Part shown: positions 1 to 10,116 of the stretch, one piece after another
Numbering within the stretch: the stretch's first letter is position 1
Layout: the number at the start of each line of letters is the position of its first letter
DNA from: Pseudomonadota bacterium
GTDB lineage: Bacteria > Bdellovibrionota > Bdellovibrionia > Bdellovibrionales > Bdellovibrionaceae
Length of the DNA: 64,000 nt
Assembly (NCBI GenBank): GCA_041178425.1
Contig: JBEGVH010000030.1
Location: forward strand, 128,001 to 192,000
Reading direction: 5' to 3'
Notes under the pieces: generated by a model
What the model was told of the DNA's origin: nothing
The model's database searches: none
The model's input: the letters and a program-made list of their open reading frames with translations, nothing else
Translations under genes and position numbers: made by a program

Positions 1-2
1 TG

Positions 3-509
3 ATACGTGATTTTCTTCCGCAATTACGGAAACAGAGTGGAACCATTATTAATCTCTCAAGCGTTCTGGGATTCGTTGGTTTTCCAATGGCGAGTCTCTA
101 CTGCGCTAGCAAATTTGCAATTGAAGGATTATCAGAGTCTCTGGCTTATGAACTAGCCCCACACGGAGTAAAGGTAGTATTAATACAGCCCGGTGGATAC
201 AAAACTAGTTTTAGCGGTAAAACCCAGTGGACCTTCAGTGGAGATAATCCAAGCCTTCATTACTCTCAACAAATCTCTGGGTATCGTCGAATGAGAGATC
301 GGCAAAACCAAAGTCTCTTTTACCAAAACCCTGATGACGTTACTGAAGGCATTTTGAATCTTCTTGCTAATAAAAATTTTAAGATGAGAAATACTTTTGG
401 CCAAGATGCCCAAGTCTCAAGATTTTTTCGAGCCTTACTGCCTCGGGAGTGGTTTCACTTAATTGCAACAAAAATTTATTCTTATGTGTTCATTCATAAG
501 AATAAATAA
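3..509 (+). CDS. SDR family oxidoreductase, 5'-truncated by the window edge
   Basis: Frame is open from base 3 (IRDFLPQLRKQSGTIINLSSVLG...). Contains the catalytic YxxxK (YCASK) followed by the typical SDR segment EGLSESLAYEL...V(V)LIQPG. Confidence 0.9.
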   Translation: MRDFLPQLRKQSGTIINLSSVLGFVGFPMASLYCASKFAIEGLSESLAYELAPHGVKVVLIQPGGYKTSFSGKTQWTFSGDNPSLHYSQQISGYRRMRDRQNQSLFYQNPDDVTEGILNLLANKNFKMRNTFGQDAQVSRFFRALLPREWFHLIATKIYSYVFIHKNK

Positions 510-614
510 GTTCTATCGGGCAATGAGTTACACTGGATTGAAGTTTCCATTACACACATCAATTTTGCGCATTCAAACTCGACTTCGAGGAAAGCCTCTC
601 GTATAAGAATTTTT

Positions 615-2108
615 ATGAAAGCCTATCAAACGATCGAAAAACAGTTTTCTCGAATCAGCTCTTTAGACCACGCCAACGCCATTCTCAGTTGGGATGAAGC
701 TGCAATGATGCCAGCGGGAGCTGGTGATGCGCGCGCCATTGCCTTGGCTGAACTCAAGGTGTTAAAACACGAAATACTTGTTTCGGCACAATTATTCGAA
801 AATTTGCAGATGGCCGAACAGGAAGCTTCTTCGCTCAGTGGATGGCAAAGATCCAACCTTCGAGAAATCAAACAAATGATTCTCAACGCTCGAGCCGTCT
901 CAAGAGACCTCGTAGAGGCTGCTTCCCTGGCAAATTCTCGCTGCGAGCAAGCCTGGAGGGGCCTAAGGGCAGATAACAATTGGAAGGATTTTCTTCCGTT
1001 GTTTGAAAAAGTGGTTTCTCTAAGCAGAGAGGAAGCCTCTCAGAGATCGGCAAGTACCGGACTTGCGCCCTACGACAGCCTTTTAGATCAATTTAATCCG
1101 GGACTGACCTCACTGGAAGTGACTCAACTATTTGATCAGGTAAAATCATTTCTTCCTGATTTAATTCAGAGGGTCGTTGAAAAACAGAAAAGCCTACAAA
1201 TCATTGAACCAGCAATAAGCATTCCGATAGAACAACAGAAAAAATTGGGTTTAGACGTCATGAAGACCCTTGGTTTTGATTTTAATCACGGACGACTCGA
1301 CGTGAGCCATCATCCTTTTTGTGGCGGTGTTCCTCAAGATGTTCGGATTACAACTCGATACAATACCTCAAATTTTATTGAAAGCCTTATGGGGGTCATC
1401 CACGAAACAGGTCATGCTTGCTACGAGCAAGGACTACCAAAAGAATGGGGCCAACAGCCCGTAGGCATGGCCCGTGGGATGCACATTCACGAAAGCCAAA
1501 GCCTTCTGTATGAGATCTTCGTTGGTCGCAGCAAAAGCTTTTTAGAATTCCTTCACCCCTTGATCTGTAAATATCTCGGAATGATAGAGGATTCGACTTG
1601 GTCCAAAGAAAATCTCTACAACTTATTTAACAGGGTTAAGCCTGATTTTATTCGCGTTAATGCCGATGAAGTGACCTACCCGGCCCACGTTGTTTTGCGG
1701 TATGAGATTGAACGAGATCTCATCAGTCGAAACATCGAGCCGTCCGACATTCCAGAGTTGTGGAATGAAAAGATGAGTGCTTATTTAGGACTTGATACCA
1801 GAGGAAACTATAAAAATGGATGTATGCAAGATATGCATTGGCCAGCGGGTGCATTTGGCTATTTTCCAAGCTATTCACTCGGCGCAATGACAGCAGCACA
1901 GCTCTTTGCCTCCATTGAAAAAGTCATCCCGAATATCCATTCCTTGATTAGCCAGGGGGATTTAGCCCCCTTACAACAATGGCTTAAGGGTCATATCTGG
2001 TCGCAGGGGTGTTTTTCTTCAACGAATGAGCTTCTGGTGCACGCCACCGGCGAGCAATTAAAACCTAGTTTTTTTAAAGAACACATCGAAAGAAAGTATT
2101 TGGCTTAG
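615..2108 (+). CDS. Carboxypeptidase, peptidase family M32
   Basis: 497 aa with HExxH (HETGH), HESQS, HPF, IRVNADE, GCMQDMHW and GYFPSYSLG motifs of M32. Confidence 0.95.
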   Translation: MKAYQTIEKQFSRISSLDHANAILSWDEAAMMPAGAGDARAIALAELKVLKHEILVSAQLFENLQMAEQEASSLSGWQRSNLREIKQMILNARAVSRDLVEAASLANSRCEQAWRGLRADNNWKDFLPLFEKVVSLSREEASQRSASTGLAPYDSLLDQFNPGLTSLEVTQLFDQVKSFLPDLIQRVVEKQKSLQIIEPAISIPIEQQKKLGLDVMKTLGFDFNHGRLDVSHHPFCGGVPQDVRITTRYNTSNFIESLMGVIHETGHACYEQGLPKEWGQQPVGMARGMHIHESQSLLYEIFVGRSKSFLEFLHPLICKYLGMIEDSTWSKENLYNLFNRVKPDFIRVNADEVTYPAHVVLRYEIERDLISRNIEPSDIPELWNEKMSAYLGLDTRGNYKNGCMQDMHWPAGAFGYFPSYSLGAMTAAQLFASIEKVIPNIHSLISQGDLAPLQQWLKGHIWSQGCFSSTNELLVHATGEQLKPSFFKEHIERKYLA

Positions 2109-2248
2109 ACTTATGGGGTTATGAGCCCTTCGCAGCAAAAGAAGTTTGCATGTGAGAAGAGAATGGGGCGCATAGCCCCTTCACGTATCCAGACATTTGC
2201 CAGCACTCTAATGATAGGTCATGCTTAGATTACTGAAACAAATAAGAG

Positions 2249-2707
2249 GTGTTTATGGCTCAAATGCAGTCGAAAATTCGATGGGTTTCTAAATTATTAT
2301 ACCAAGGGGAATCTCGCGACCACCGTGTTTTAATGGACGCAAAGAAAGACTCCGGCGGGCAAGATCTAGGAATGACACCAAAAGAATTGGTGCTCACCGG
2401 GCTCTGTGGATGCACGGGAATGGATGTTATTAGCCTCTTAACGTCTAAATTCAAACTACCAGTCACCCTCTGCGAGGTAGAAGCAAATGCAACCCCGAGT
2501 GAAGGTGGACACCCCGTTGTTTGGACCAAAATCGAATTAAACTTTTTAATTAACGGTGAAATTCCAGAAGAGCAAGCGCGCAAAGCTGTTGAACTGTCCA
2601 TGACACGTTATTGTGGTGTAAGCGCGATGCTATCAAAGGCGTGCCCAATACTATACAACATCCATCTGAACGGACAAATCATTGCTTCGGGAGAAGCTAA
2701 ATTCTAA
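2249..2707 (+). CDS. OsmC/YhfA family protein
   Basis: PKELVLTGLCGCTGMD and LSMTRYCGVSAML conserved Cys motifs. The start could be GTG 2249 or ATG 2255/2264. Confidence 0.9.
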   Translation: MFMAQMQSKIRWVSKLLYQGESRDHRVLMDAKKDSGGQDLGMTPKELVLTGLCGCTGMDVISLLTSKFKLPVTLCEVEANATPSEGGHPVVWTKIELNFLINGEIPEEQARKAVELSMTRYCGVSAMLSKACPILYNIHLNGQIIASGEAKF

Positions 2708-2851
2708 ACCCCACCATTTATTCCGAGAATAAACTGTGTGTAACAATATGTAGCCGATTGTGGGTAAAATAAGCTTGAAGCTGAGGAACGCAACGAAGTA
2801 TTGCATACCCTATGCCTCGAGAGTGGCGCTCGATTATTTACGAGGCCTCTA

Positions 2852-2890
2852 AGCAAAAAAAAAGGAGGGATAACCCTCCTTTTTTTTGCT
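2852..2890. terminator. Bidirectional intrinsic terminator downstream of rplQ
   Basis: AGC-A run-GGAGGG-ATAA-CCCTCC-T run-GCT near-perfect inverted repeat between convergent genes. Confidence 0.9.
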
Positions 2891-2906
2891 GGCACAACAA
2901 GATCAA

Positions 2907-3404
2907 TTAAGCGCGGTTTTCGCGTCTTGATTTCACTTGAATCTTAGTGCGAGTCTTCCTAGCCGCACGAAGTGCTGCCTTAGGCTTAGCTGCTGCAGTC
3001 TTCTTAACTTCGGCGCCTTTAGCCTTTTCAGCAGTCTTCCCTGCGAAATCATAGTCTACAAATTCAATGAACGCCATTTCGGCCATATCACCAGGACGCC
3101 TACCAAGCTTGATAATGCGAGTGTAACCACCGTTACGATCTTTAAAGCGAACAGAAAGATCATCTACGATAGTACTAACAACTTTATCCTGAGGATAGCG
3201 AGAAAGAATCAGTCTTCTCGCTGCAATTGTTCCTTTTTTACCAAGAGTAATTGCACGCTCTACGTGTCTTCTTGTCTCTTTAGCTTTTTCAACAGTAGTT
3301 TTAATTCGTCCATGCTCAACAAGAGACTCTACGAGTCCTCTGATAAGGGCCTTTCTGGCACTTGGTTTACGACTAAAATGTTTTACTCGTCTTCTGTGTC
3401 TCAT
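2907..3404 (-). CDS. rplQ: 50S ribosomal protein bL17
   Basis: MRHRR...GRIKTT...RNGGYTRIIK motifs; follows rpoA. Confidence 0.98.
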   Translation of the reverse strand: MRHRRRVKHFSRKPSARKALIRGLVESLVEHGRIKTTVEKAKETRRHVERAITLGKKGTIAARRLILSRYPQDKVVSTIVDDLSVRFKDRNGGYTRIIKLGRRPGDMAEMAFIEFVDYDFAGKTAEKAKGAEVKKTAAAKPKAALRAARKTRTKIQVKSRRENRA

Positions 3405-3428
3405 TACTTACTCCAACAACCGAATTAA

Positions 3429-4463
3429 CTAATTTGTTTGTTCACGTTTAATCTGGGGGGCAGTGTTAGGATCCCAACCAGCTGGTGGCCATCCATCAAT
3501 CTTCATACCCAAGCCAAGGCCCATCTCTGAAAGAATTTCTTTAATTTCATTCAAAGACTTACGACCGAAGTTTTTAGTCTTAAGCATCTCTGCTTCAGTT
3601 CTAACAACAAGCTCACCGATAAAACGAATATTTGCGTTCTTCAAACAGTTTGCACTTCTTACTGATAGCTCAAGATCATCCACAGATCTAAACAAGTTCT
3701 CATTGAGACTTGCATTCTTGTGGTCCTTATACTCTTCCGTAGGCTCCATAGCTTCATCAAAAGTAAGGAAAATTTGAAGCTGATCTTTAAGGATCTTAGA
3801 CCCCAAAGCAACTGCCTCTTCTGGTTTCAATGAACCGTCTGTCCATACTTCAAAAGTAAGAGCATCAAAGTCCGTACGTTGACCAACACGAGCGTTAGAA
3901 ACGCTATAGTTGATCTTTTTGATTGGGCTAAAAAGAGAATCCATTGCGATAAAGCCTACTGGCAAATCACGCTCACGCTCGTCAGCCGCAACGTATCCAC
4001 GTCCGTAGCTAACAACGATCTCAACATTAAAGTTCGCGTTATCACCGAGTGTAGCAATCACTTGATGAGGATTCAAAACATCAACTTTATCGTTTGTTTG
4101 AATGTCCGCAGCAGTAACTTTTCCTGGACCTTTTTTGCTAATACGCAAAACTTGTTCTTCAGAAGTGTATTGTTTAAAACGCACTTCTTTAAAGTTAAGC
4201 ATAATATCAGTAACATCTTCCAAAACATCAGGAATTGTCGAGAACTCGTGTAGCACTCCTTCGAACTTTACAGCACTAACTGCAGAGCCCATCATAGAGC
4301 TGAGAAGAATTCTTCTCAATGAGTTACCAAGTGTAACACCAAAACCGCGTTCAAGAGGCTTTACGATGAAACGACCATAATCATCTCTCAATGAATCACG
4401 ATCAACTTCATATCCCTTTGGTTTAATCAAATCCTTCCAAAACAAATAATAGTGCTCTTGCAT
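3429..4463 (-). CDS. rpoA: RNA polymerase alpha subunit
   Basis: [21 protein letters not shown] and [10 protein letters not shown] motifs. Start moved to ATG 4463, which has GGAGG upstream. Confidence 0.98.
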   Translation of the reverse strand: MQEHYYLFWKDLIKPKGYEVDRDSLRDDYGRFIVKPLERGFGVTLGNSLRRILLSSMMGSAVSAVKFEGVLHEFSTIPDVLEDVTDIMLNFKEVRFKQYTSEEQVLRISKKGPGKVTAADIQTNDKVDVLNPHQVIATLGDNANFNVEIVVSYGRGYVAADERERDLPVGFIAMDSLFSPIKKINYSVSNARVGQRTDFDALTFEVWTDGSLKPEEAVALGSKILKDQLQIFLTFDEAMEPTEEYKDHKNASLNENLFRSVDDLELSVRSANCLKNANIRFIGELVVRTEAEMLKTKNFGRKSLNEIKEILSEMGLGLGMKIDGWPPAGWDPNTAPQIKREQTN

Positions 4464-4482
4464 GGGACCTCCAATGTCACGC

Positions 4483-5109
4483 TTATCGAGAGTAGTACTC
4501 GACAATCATATTTTCTTCGACCGGCAAAGTAATCTCTTCTCTACCAGGCAAATCCTTAACTACGCCCTTAAGTGCACCAAGATCAGCCTCGAGCCATGCT
4601 GGGACAGTCTTTTTGCCAGCACTTTGCACAGAAGCCATGATACGAGCAGTTTCTTTGCTGCCAGTAGCAATCTCAATAACGTCACCTTTAGAAACAGAAT
4701 AGCTAGGAATATTAACCTTCTTACCATTAACTAATACGTGGCCATGGGACACAATTTGTTTCGCATCACGTCGTGATGCGGCAAAGCCCAATGTGGCAAC
4801 AACGTTATCTAGTCTCTGCTCAAGGTTCTTCAAAAGAGCCAAACCAGTAACTTCTTTAGCTTTTTCAGCCAACTCTACATAACGACGGAATTGCTTTTCA
4901 GAAACACCGTAATAGCGCTTAGTTTTTTGCTTTTCACGAAGCTGAAGAGCAAATTCAGAGAATTTCAAGCGAGATTGTCCGTGTTGTCCTGGAGGATAAG
5001 GTCTTCTTTCAAAGGCGCACTTATCAGTTAAACAGCGGTCTCCCTTAAGGAAGAGCTTAACGTTTTCTCGTCGACAGATTTTACATACACTCTTATTAAT
5101 ACAGCTCAC
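4483..5109 (-). CDS. rpsD: 30S ribosomal protein uS4 (Cys-containing N-terminus)
   Basis: CKICRRE...KGDRC...YPPGQHG, LREKQK, RLDNVV and IVEYYSR motifs; GTG start. Confidence 0.98.
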   Translation of the reverse strand: MSCINKSVCKICRRENVKLFLKGDRCLTDKCAFERRPYPPGQHGQSRLKFSEFALQLREKQKTKRYYGVSEKQFRRYVELAEKAKEVTGLALLKNLEQRLDNVVATLGFAASRRDAKQIVSHGHVLVNGKKVNIPSYSVSKGDVIEIATGSKETARIMASVQSAGKKTVPAWLEADLGALKGVVKDLPGREEITLPVEENMIVEYYSR

Positions 5110-5118
5110 AATTCACCT

Positions 5119-5526
5119 CTAAATTCTTCTACGCTTAGGAGGACGGCATCCGTTATGGGGCACGGGAGTAACATCTTTCAAAAGGTTAACTCTCATTCCA
5201 AGACCCGCAAGCGCGCGAATAGCTGGCTCTCGTCCGGCACCTGGGCCATTCAAGAAAACATCAACTGATCGAACGCCCATTTCCATTGCTTTCTTTCCAG
5301 CATCTTCAGCCGTCACAGTAGCTGCAAAAGGCGTACCTTTACGGCTTCCTTTGAACCCTAAGTGACCTGCAGACGACCAAGCAAGTGTATCACCACCGCC
5401 ATCGGTAATGGTCACGATAACGTTACCAAAACCCGCCTGGATATAACAAAGGCCCTGAGATACAACTTTCTTAATTTTCTTTTTTACTTTTTTAGCATTA
5501 TCTTTAGCATTACCTGGAGTTGCCAT
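5119..5526 (-). CDS. rpsK: 30S ribosomal protein uS11
   Basis: [13 protein letters not shown] and [17 protein letters not shown] motifs. Confidence 0.99.
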   Translation of the reverse strand: MATPGNAKDNAKKVKKKIKKVVSQGLCYIQAGFGNVIVTITDGGGDTLAWSSAGHLGFKGSRKGTPFAATVTAEDAGKKAMEMGVRSVDVFLNGPGAGREPAIRALAGLGMRVNLLKDVTPVPHNGCRPPKRRRI

Positions 5527-5539
5527 CTTTCACCCTCTC

Positions 5540-5914
5540 TTATACAGCCTTTTTCTTATTAGCCACTGTCTTCTTAGGACCCTTACGTGTTCGGGCATTT
5601 GATCTTGTATTTTGACCACGAACTGGAAGTCCCTTACGGTGACGGATACCACGATAACAATTCAAGTCCATTAAACGCTTAATAGCGAGACCTACTTCAC
5701 GTCGCAAATCCCCTTCAACTTTGAAGGTAGATTCAATCAACGAACGAATCTTTGCAATATGCTCATCAGTCAAGTTATCAGTTCTTAGGCTCTCTGGAAT
5801 CCCAGCTTGAGCACAAACCCAACGAGCTCTTGGACGTCCGATACCAAAGATGTACGTCAAGGCAATCTCTACACGCTTATTTCTGGGCAAATCTACACCC
5901 GCTAAACGAGCCAT
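5540..5914 (-). CDS. rpsM: 30S ribosomal protein uS13
   Basis: [10 protein letters not shown]...YIFGIG...[18 protein letters not shown]. Confidence 0.99.
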   Translation of the reverse strand: MARLAGVDLPRNKRVEIALTYIFGIGRPRARWVCAQAGIPESLRTDNLTDEHIAKIRSLIESTFKVEGDLRREVGLAIKRLMDLNCYRGIRHRKGLPVRGQNTRSNARTRKGPKKTVANKKKAV

Positions 5915-5917
5915 TTC

Positions 5918-6031
5918 CTACCCCTGTCTCTGCTTATGTTTAGGGTTCTCGCAAATAACGCGAACGGCACCCTTACGTTTAATAATTTTACATTTACTAC
6001 AAATCTTTTTTACTGAAGGACGTACTTTCAT
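5918..6031 (-). CDS. rpmJ: 50S ribosomal protein bL36 (zinc-binding form), not in the ORF track
   Basis: Translated by hand: [37 protein letters not shown] (37 aa). Confidence 0.98.
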   Translation of the reverse strand: MKVRPSVKKICSKCKIIKRKGAVRVICENPKHKQRQG

Positions 6032-6077
6032 AGCTTTCCCACGTTTATTTATACAAATAAATTTTCACCGAATGGCC

Positions 6078-6106
6078 TCTTTACACTATTAAAAAATAAG
6101 TGTCCA
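6078..6106 (-). promoter_or_regulatory. Putative sigma70 promoter of the rpmJ-alpha operon
   Basis: TGGACA-17 nt-TAAAGA on the minus strand in the adk-rpmJ gap. Confidence 0.4.
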
Positions 6107-6114
6107 GAAATATG

Positions 6115-6774
6115 TCAGCTTTCTATAATTTTAGCATTAGATACTATGCTTCTATAGACAGCATCGACAGATTGGTCGCCATTTACCTCTTTAACTACCT
6201 CAAAACCACCATAGTAACTCTTAAGTGCATCAGCCACAGCCTCGTAGGTATCTAATCTGGAGAGAATTACCTCTTCACGATCATCTGATCGCTGCGTTAA
6301 CTGACCACCACATTTATCGCATAAACCCTCAACTTTACTGGGATTATTTGAAATATGGTAGACAGAACCACAAGTCGAACAGACTCGTCTTCCAGTCAAA
6401 CGTGCTACTAAACCGCGTCGATCCACATTAATAAAAACTGCGGAATCGGCTTTTAAGTCATATTTTTTCAGGGTCTCATTTAAACTATGAGCCTGAGCGA
6501 CCGTCCTTGGAAAACCGTCAAAAATGAACGATTTTTTACCTTCTTTAAGGCGGTTGGATAGAACTTCATCCACCAACCCGATAACAACAGAATCAGGAAC
6601 GAGTTCACCCTTATCCATAAAGGCTTTCGCATCCCGACCTAAACTAGTGCCCTCGCGAATTGCAGCTCGCAATAGATCACCGGTGCTAATCTGATAGAAC
6701 CCAGCTTTTTCAACTAACAAGGCACTCTGTGTGCCCTTGCCAGAACCAGGAGCTCCAAATAGAAGCAGAATCAA
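6115..6774 (-). CDS. adk: Adenylate kinase (Zn-lid type)
   Basis: GAPGSGKGTQ P-loop, DGFPRT, and CxxC...CxxC lid. Confidence 0.98.
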   Translation of the reverse strand: MILLLFGAPGSGKGTQSALLVEKAGFYQISTGDLLRAAIREGTSLGRDAKAFMDKGELVPDSVVIGLVDEVLSNRLKEGKKSFIFDGFPRTVAQAHSLNETLKKYDLKADSAVFINVDRRGLVARLTGRRVCSTCGSVYHISNNPSKVEGLCDKCGGQLTQRSDDREEVILSRLDTYEAVADALKSYYGGFEVVKEVNGDQSVDAVYRSIVSNAKIIES

Positions 6775-8093
6775 TATTGTACCCTCCGGCTCCTAATTTT
6801 TGCGCCCTTAAGAAAGCCGTCGTACTTTTGGGTCAACATGTGTGATTGAATTTGTTGAGAAGTATCAAGCGCCACTCCCACTAGAATGAGAAGGCTTGTT
6901 CCACCAAAATAGAATGGAACATTCAGAAGATCATTGAGCATTCCAGGTAGTACACAAATGGCAGAAAGGTAAGCCGCTCCGCCTACATTAATTCTCTCAA
7001 TCACAGCTTGGATATAATCTGAAGTACTTTGACCTGCGCGAACACCAGGGATAAAACCACCGTACTTCTTAAGGTTCTCAGCCACTTCTTTAGGGTTGAA
7101 AACAATCTCAGTGTAAAAGAAACAGAAGAAAACAATTAAGAGAACAAATAAAATATTATAAATGGCACCATTAGGGCTCAAAGACGTTTGAAGTGACTGA
7201 AGCCAGGGAGCCTTGAAAAACTGAGCCATGGTAGCAGGAAACATCAAAAGCGAGCTAGCAAAGATCGGAGGAATAACTCCGGAGAAATTTAATTTAAGAG
7301 GCAAATGACTTTGAGGGACTGTCATTGCAGACTTCCCTGTACCTCTTTGAGAATACTGAATTGGAATTTTACGTTGAGCCACCTCAACGTAAATGACGGC
7401 GGAGATAACCGCGATCATCAGCGCGATAATTCCGAGAGCTGCCGCCGCTGAAATTTCGTTATTGGAAACAAGCGCAAATAAACTTTGAGCACCAGCAGGG
7501 ATTGAAGCTGCGATACCTGTAAAAATGATCAAGCTTGAACCGTTACCGATCCCACGTTCGGTGATTTGCTCTCCCAACCACATAATAAAACAGGTTCCGG
7601 CTGTGAGAGTGAGAACAGTCATTAATTGGAAAGGCAAGAAGCCAACATGAGAAGAAAGAACGAGGGGCTTACCCTCTGGGCTCGCTGATCCCATAAGCCA
7701 ATTACTAATAGCAAGACCCTGAACAATCGCTAACAACACTGTTGCATAACGAGTGTATTGATTAATTTTCTTGCGGCCCTGCTCACCTTCTTTTTTCAAA
7801 GATTCAAGGTAAGGAACCGCAGAAGTTAACAGTTGAAAAATGATAGAAGCGGAAATATAGGGCATTATTCCCAAAGCAAATACGCTGAATTGACTTAGAG
7901 CTCCACCAGTGAAGGTGTTGAATAGACCAAATATACCAGCGCTTTGTGCTTGGAAAAATGAAAGGACCGCCTGATTATCGACCCCGGGAGTCGCAATATG
8001 AACCCCAATTCGATAAACCGCCAAAATCCCTAGCGTGTAAAGAATCCTTCGTTGTAAGTCGGCGTTTTTAGAAAGCCCTTCCATTGTTGCCAC
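6771..8093 (-). CDS. secY: Preprotein translocase subunit SecY
   Basis: FALGIMPYISASII, WLGEQITERGIGNG, GGFIPGVRAG and GGTSLLI motifs. Confidence 0.99.
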   Translation of the reverse strand: MATMEGLSKNADLQRRILYTLGILAVYRIGVHIATPGVDNQAVLSFFQAQSAGIFGLFNTFTGGALSQFSVFALGIMPYISASIIFQLLTSAVPYLESLKKEGEQGRKKINQYTRYATVLLAIVQGLAISNWLMGSASPEGKPLVLSSHVGFLPFQLMTVLTLTAGTCFIMWLGEQITERGIGNGSSLIIFTGIAASIPAGAQSLFALVSNNEISAAAALGIIALMIAVISAVIYVEVAQRKIPIQYSQRGTGKSAMTVPQSHLPLKLNFSGVIPPIFASSLLMFPATMAQFFKAPWLQSLQTSLSPNGAIYNILFVLLIVFFCFFYTEIVFNPKEVAENLKKYGGFIPGVRAGQSTSDYIQAVIERINVGGAAYLSAICVLPGMLNDLLNVPFYFGGTSLLILVGVALDTSQQIQSHMLTQKYDGFLKGAKIRSRRVQY

Positions 8094-8097
8094 TAAA

Positions 8098-8526
8098 CTA
8101 TCCCTCTATCTTTCCACCAGCAGCTTCGATAGCTTTTTTCGCGCCCGCACTCACTTTCAAACCTTTGATAGTGATTGGGTGGCTAATTTTACCGTTAGCC
8201 AATACCTTAACCTGGTTACCCTGAGCCAAACCTGATTTCTTCAAAACATCAAGAGTAATTTCACCCTTGATACCCTCAAGATCTGCTAACTCGATAATTT
8301 GGTAAGTTACGCTAGATGGACACTTGAAACCGAATTTAGGAAGTCGTCTGATTAGAGGAGTCTGACCACCTTCGAATCCACGGCGAACTTTACCACCTGT
8401 GCGTGCTAATTGACCTTTATGGCCCTTACCAGCAGTTTGGCCAAGTCCTGACCCGCGACCGCGGCCTACTCTTTTTCTAGCGTGGCTAGATCCTTCTTTT
8501 GGTTTTAAAACCTCTAGTAAACTCAT
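8098..8526 (-). CDS. rplO: 50S ribosomal protein uL15
   Basis: RVGRGRGSG, GKGHKGQ and FEGGQTPL motifs. Confidence 0.99.
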   Translation of the reverse strand: MSLLEVLKPKEGSSHARKRVGRGRGSGLGQTAGKGHKGQLARTGGKVRRGFEGGQTPLIRRLPKFGFKCPSSVTYQIIELADLEGIKGEITLDVLKKSGLAQGNQVKVLANGKISHPITIKGLKVSAGAKKAIEAAGGKIEG

Positions 8527-8527
8527 C

Positions 8528-8713
8528 TTACTTCTCCACCTGTACGTTCACCAAATGTTGAACCTTGAAAATCTGTCCTCTGTTAGCAGCATTATCCGCC
8601 AACTTGACAGACTGATGTCTTTTTCTAAGACCAAGAGCTGCTACAGTGGCTCTCTGAGTCTCTGTACAGCCAATAAGGCTTCGCTTTAATGTAATAACAA
8701 AAGATTTTGACAT
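8528..8713 (-). CDS. rpmD: 50S ribosomal protein uL30
   Basis: ITLKRSLIG...ALGLRKR...KVQHLV; located between rpsE and rplO. Confidence 0.96.
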   Translation of the reverse strand: MSKSFVITLKRSLIGCTETQRATVAALGLRKRHQSVKLADNAANRGQIFKVQHLVNVQVEK

Positions 8714-8722
8714 AAAAATTTC

Positions 8723-9178
8723 CTATTCAGCCTTTTGCTTCAATTGTTTCAAACCGTCTAAAGTTGCACGAACGGCATTGTGTGCATTACGAGTACCAAC
8801 ACACTTAGTAAGAATATCTTTAACTCCTACTGATTCGAGAACTGCACGAACTGCACCACCAGCAATAACACCAGTACCAGGCGCAGCGGGCTTCATGATA
8901 ACTTTAGCTGCTCCGAATTTACCGATCACTTCATGCGGAATTGTTCTTGCCTGATGTAAAACAACTGAACGAGTCATTTTCTTTGCAGAACGACTAGCTT
9001 TTCCAATTGCTTCGGGAACTTCACCAGCTTTACCGGTTCCGATTCCAATTTCACCAGCCTTGTTACCGACAACAACTAAAGCTGCGAAAGAGAAACGACG
9101 TCCCCCTTTTACCACTTTAGCCACGCGATTGATGGCAACAACTCTTTCTTCGAACTCCACGCTTACTTTTTCCATCAT
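8723..9178 (-). CDS. rpsE: 30S ribosomal protein uS5
   Basis: [15 protein letters not shown] and [12 protein letters not shown] motifs; exact start Met uncertain. Confidence 0.98.
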   Translation of the reverse strand: MMEKVSVEFEERVVAINRVAKVVKGGRRFSFAALVVVGNKAGEIGIGTGKAGEVPEAIGKASRSAKKMTRSVVLHQARTIPHEVIGKFGAAKVIMKPAAPGTGVIAGGAVRAVLESVGVKDILTKCVGTRNAHNAVRATLDGLKQLKQKAE

Positions 9179-9185
9179 CAACTCC

Positions 9186-9554
9186 TTAGAAGTTTAGGCC
9201 GCCTTCGCGAGCGCCATCAGCAAGAGATTTAATACGACCATGATAAATAAAACCGTTACGATCGAAAACAACAGCTGATACTTTACCAGCCAAAGCTTTC
9301 TTCGCTAGCTCGACGCCTACCTTTTTAGCCATATCTACACCGTTGAGTTTGTCATCAACATTGAGTGATGAAAAAGCGAAAAGAGTTTTTCCGCTATTAT
9401 CATCAATCAAAGAAGCATAGATGTGTTTTGCGCTCTTGAATACACACAAGCGAGGGCGCTCAGATGAGCCAGCAACTTTCTTGCGAATACGAAGCTTTTT
9501 CTTCAAGCGTCCATTAACTTTTGGACTGGTGTGTTTTTTTAAAACTATTCTCAT
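9186..9554 (-). CDS. rplR: 50S ribosomal protein uL18
   Basis: RPRLCVFKS and [24 protein letters not shown] motifs. Confidence 0.98.
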   Translation of the reverse strand: MRIVLKKHTSPKVNGRLKKKLRIRKKVAGSSERPRLCVFKSAKHIYASLIDDNSGKTLFAFSSLNVDDKLNGVDMAKKVGVELAKKALAGKVSAVVFDRNGFIYHGRIKSLADGAREGGLNF

Positions 9555-9566
9555 ATTACACCCGCA

Positions 9567-10109
9567 TTACTTTCCTGCTGACTTACCAGCTTTTCTACGA
9601 ATCTTCTCATCTGAATATCTCACGCCTTTTCCAAGGTATGGCTCAGGTGGTCTGAATCCTCTGATTTTTGCTGCAACAGCGCCAACTAGTGCTCTGTCGT
9701 GTCCAGTAACAGAAATATTTGTTTGTTTTTCGACTTTAATTTCGATCCCTTCAGGAATCTCAAAAATAACAGGGTGGCTGAAACCAAGACTCATCTCTAG
9801 TTTCTTTCCTGCTACGTTTGCTCTATATCCAACACCGTGAAGTTCAAGATTTCTTGTAAAACCTTTTGAAACACCCATCACTGCGTTCTGAAGCAATGCG
9901 CGGTACATACCGTGAAGGCTGCTTGCAGCCTTAGTTTCTTCTTTTCTAGTGATAACTATAGTTTTACCTTCAACCTTAACACCGACTTCAGGACGAACTT
10001 TAACTGCGATCTGCTTATTACCAGACTTTACAGTCACTTCGTTAGCCGGAGTAATTGAAACCTGAACTTTATCATCAAACCCGATTGGGGCCTTACCAAC
10101 TCTCGACAT
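9567..10109 (-). CDS. rplF: 50S ribosomal protein uL6
   Basis: MSRVGK...GVGYRA...LGFSHP...RPPEPYLGKGVRY. Confidence 0.99.
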   Translation of the reverse strand: MSRVGKAPIGFDDKVQVSITPANEVTVKSGNKQIAVKVRPEVGVKVEGKTIVITRKEETKAASSLHGMYRALLQNAVMGVSKGFTRNLELHGVGYRANVAGKKLEMSLGFSHPVIFEIPEGIEIKVEKQTNISVTGHDRALVGAVAAKIRGFRPPEPYLGKGVRYSDEKIRRKAGKSAGK

Positions 10110-10116
10110 TCTACAC

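Noticed and set aside
2704..2895. 63-aa minus-strand ORF after rplQ
   Set aside because: It starts at and runs through the terminator, has no RBS and shows no recognisable motif.
4464..4505. Longer rpoA start overlapping rpsD
   Set aside because: ATG 4463 has a GGAGG RBS and avoids the overlap.
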